Program-made: the position numbers and the translations under genes | Assembly: GCA_010028705.1 (NCBI GenBank) | Contig: RHAI01000018.1 | Span: 1-28,611, forward strand | DNA length: 28,611 nucleotides | DNA from: a bacterium | Lineage (GTDB): Bacteria > Margulisbacteria > Marinamargulisbacteria > SXXA01 | Direction of reading: 5' to 3' | Shown here: piece by piece, positions 27,577 to 28,611 of the stretch | Layout of the letters: each line of letters opens with the position of its first letter | Numbering within the stretch: the first letter of the stretch is position 1 | Notes under the pieces: generated by a model | Database searches by the model: none | Seen by the model: the letters and a program-made list of their open reading frames with translations, nothing else | What the model was told of the DNA's origin: nothing

Positions 27577-28056
27577 CTAGTTCTGACGTAATTGTTTAAA
27601 GAAGTTTGTGAGTATTTGAGCGCATTCATCATATTCAATATGCGTTGCAATTGTTCGGTGATTAAAAAAAACAGTACTAAATAGGTCTGTCTTTGTTCCG
27701 GCCGCCCCCCATTTTAGGTCGAATGCCCCAAAATAAACCTTCGCTATTCGAGCATGTAAAATGGCTCCCGCACACATTGGACACGGCTCAAGTGTGGATA
27801 CAAGGATGCAATCATCTAGCCGCCAGTTACCAGTCGATTTACAGGCATCTTGAATCGCTATTATTTCAGCGTGTTGAATGGGATCAGAAAAATATTCTTT
27901 TTGGTTATGGCCACGCCCAATGATAATGCCATTTTTTACGACAATTGCACCTACGGGGACTTCGCCGCTCTGGCCCGCAACATTTGCTTCCGCTAGTGCG
28001 ATTTCAAAGTAGCTCTTAATTAAAGCTAAGGGTAATTCCGGGACGTTGGGGTTCAT
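27577..28056 (-). CDS. tadA: tRNA-specific adenosine deaminase
   Basis: GEVPVGAIVV, QHAEIIAI (HAE), TLEPCPMCAGAI (PCxxC). Confidence 0.95.
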   Translation of the reverse strand: MNPNVPELPLALIKSYFEIALAEANVAGQSGEVPVGAIVVKNGIIIGRGHNQKEYFSDPIQHAEIIAIQDACKSTGNWRLDDCILVSTLEPCPMCAGAILHARIAKVYFGAFDLKWGAAGTKTDLFSTVFFNHRTIATHIEYDECAQILTNFFKQLRQN

Positions 28057-28318
28057 CGGAGATTATGCCAAACTGACTTTCAAAATCGGTGATATTCCTC
28101 TGGAGTAATGCACACAGGCGCTTAGCATTTCGTGGAGATAGTATAGTTCGTTGGAGGACCTGGGCCTTCAAATTGCCTGGTTGGAGAAATGCAAAATCCA
28201 ATATGAATTCTTCGGGAGTAGCATTTGAGAGTACTAGATTGGCATATTTCCCGTGAGATACTTCCTGTGAGATATCTAACTGAATGGTTGGTGGCTTTAA
28301 ATTTGTTTCGTCTGTCAC
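28016..28318 (-). CDS. DUF3467 family protein
   Basis: GTG start; HGKYANLVLSNATPEEFILDFAFLQPG...RTILSPRNAKRLCALLQRNITDFESQFG pattern. Confidence 0.8.
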   Translation of the reverse strand: MTDETNLKPPTIQLDISQEVSHGKYANLVLSNATPEEFILDFAFLQPGNLKAQVLQRTILSPRNAKRLCALLQRNITDFESQFGIISDEPQRPGITLSFN

Positions 28319-28611
28319 GATTGCACACGCTCCATGTATTCGCCAGTTTCGGTATTGAAACGTACCGAATCCCCCTCGCTAATAAATCCGGGTGCATTAA
28401 TGACTATATTTCGCTCGAGTTCGATTGGTCGCATAGTGCTGGTTGCTGTTGCTTTTTTTATCTCAGGTGGGGCATATATTACTTTTAGTACCATTGTTTT
28501 AGGTAGATCTATACCGACGGCTTCCTCTTGATAGAAGGTGCAGAGATAAGTCTCTCCCTCGATTAGATATTTCGCGCTTTCGCCAATGAGTTCATTTGGG
28601 AGGGGCTGCTG
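28315..28611 (-). CDS. efp: Elongation factor P, C-terminal part (truncated by window edge)
   Basis: Manual translation from the window edge: ...KYLIEGETYLCTFYQEEAVGIDLPKTMVLKVIYAPPEIKKATATSTMRPIELERNIVINAPGFISEGDSVRFNTETGEYMERVQS*; absent from ORF track because it has no start in the window. Confidence 0.9.
   Translation of the reverse strand, partial: QQPLPNELIGESAKYLIEGETYLCTFYQEEAVGIDLPKTMVLKVIYAPPEIKKATATSTMRPIELERNIVINAPGFISEGDSVRFNTETGEYMERVQS

Noticed and set aside
1-28611. Phage, transposase, toxin-antitoxin or restriction systems
   Set aside because: No ORF in the supplied track or my reading shows integrase, transposase, phage structural, toxin-antitoxin or restriction-modification motifs.

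Overview
The window reads as a 28.6 kb stretch of ordinary bacterial chromosome from a diderm lineage: lptA and lptC, a TolC-type efflux operon, an SLH-domain protein and PorV-like barrels are all present. I cannot name the organism from sequence alone. I see no convincing phage, transposon, CRISPR array or defence island. Supported content: an edge tandem repeat (81-bp period); a PorV/PorQ-like protein next to a subtilase with a T9SS/FlgD-like C-terminal tail; hisF; a mycothione-reductase-like flavoenzyme; leuS; a dicarboxylate-type symporter; an overlapping pyrB / pyrC' pair; a nitroreductase; a tolC-macA-macB operon; an OSBS/dipeptide-epimerase-like enolase-superfamily protein; a long co-directional run (SLH protein, lptA, TrxR-like, purQ, purS-like, GT2, TPR, lptC, rluB, tRNA-Met); and a minus-strand efp-DUF3467-tadA cluster at the right edge. 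The efp part is truncated and missing from the supplied ORF track. The most interesting observations are degenerate or unusual versions of familiar enzymes. These are a dihydroorotase-like protein that has lost its metal ligands and resembles the non-catalytic PyrC' partners of ATCase, a thioredoxin-reductase-like protein with YAQG where CxxC should be, and a PurS-like protein about twice normal length with two possible PurS-like halves. Several non-coding inverted repeats and small SD-preceded ORFs also deserve a check. I did not find an obvious, wholly undescribed multi-gene system.
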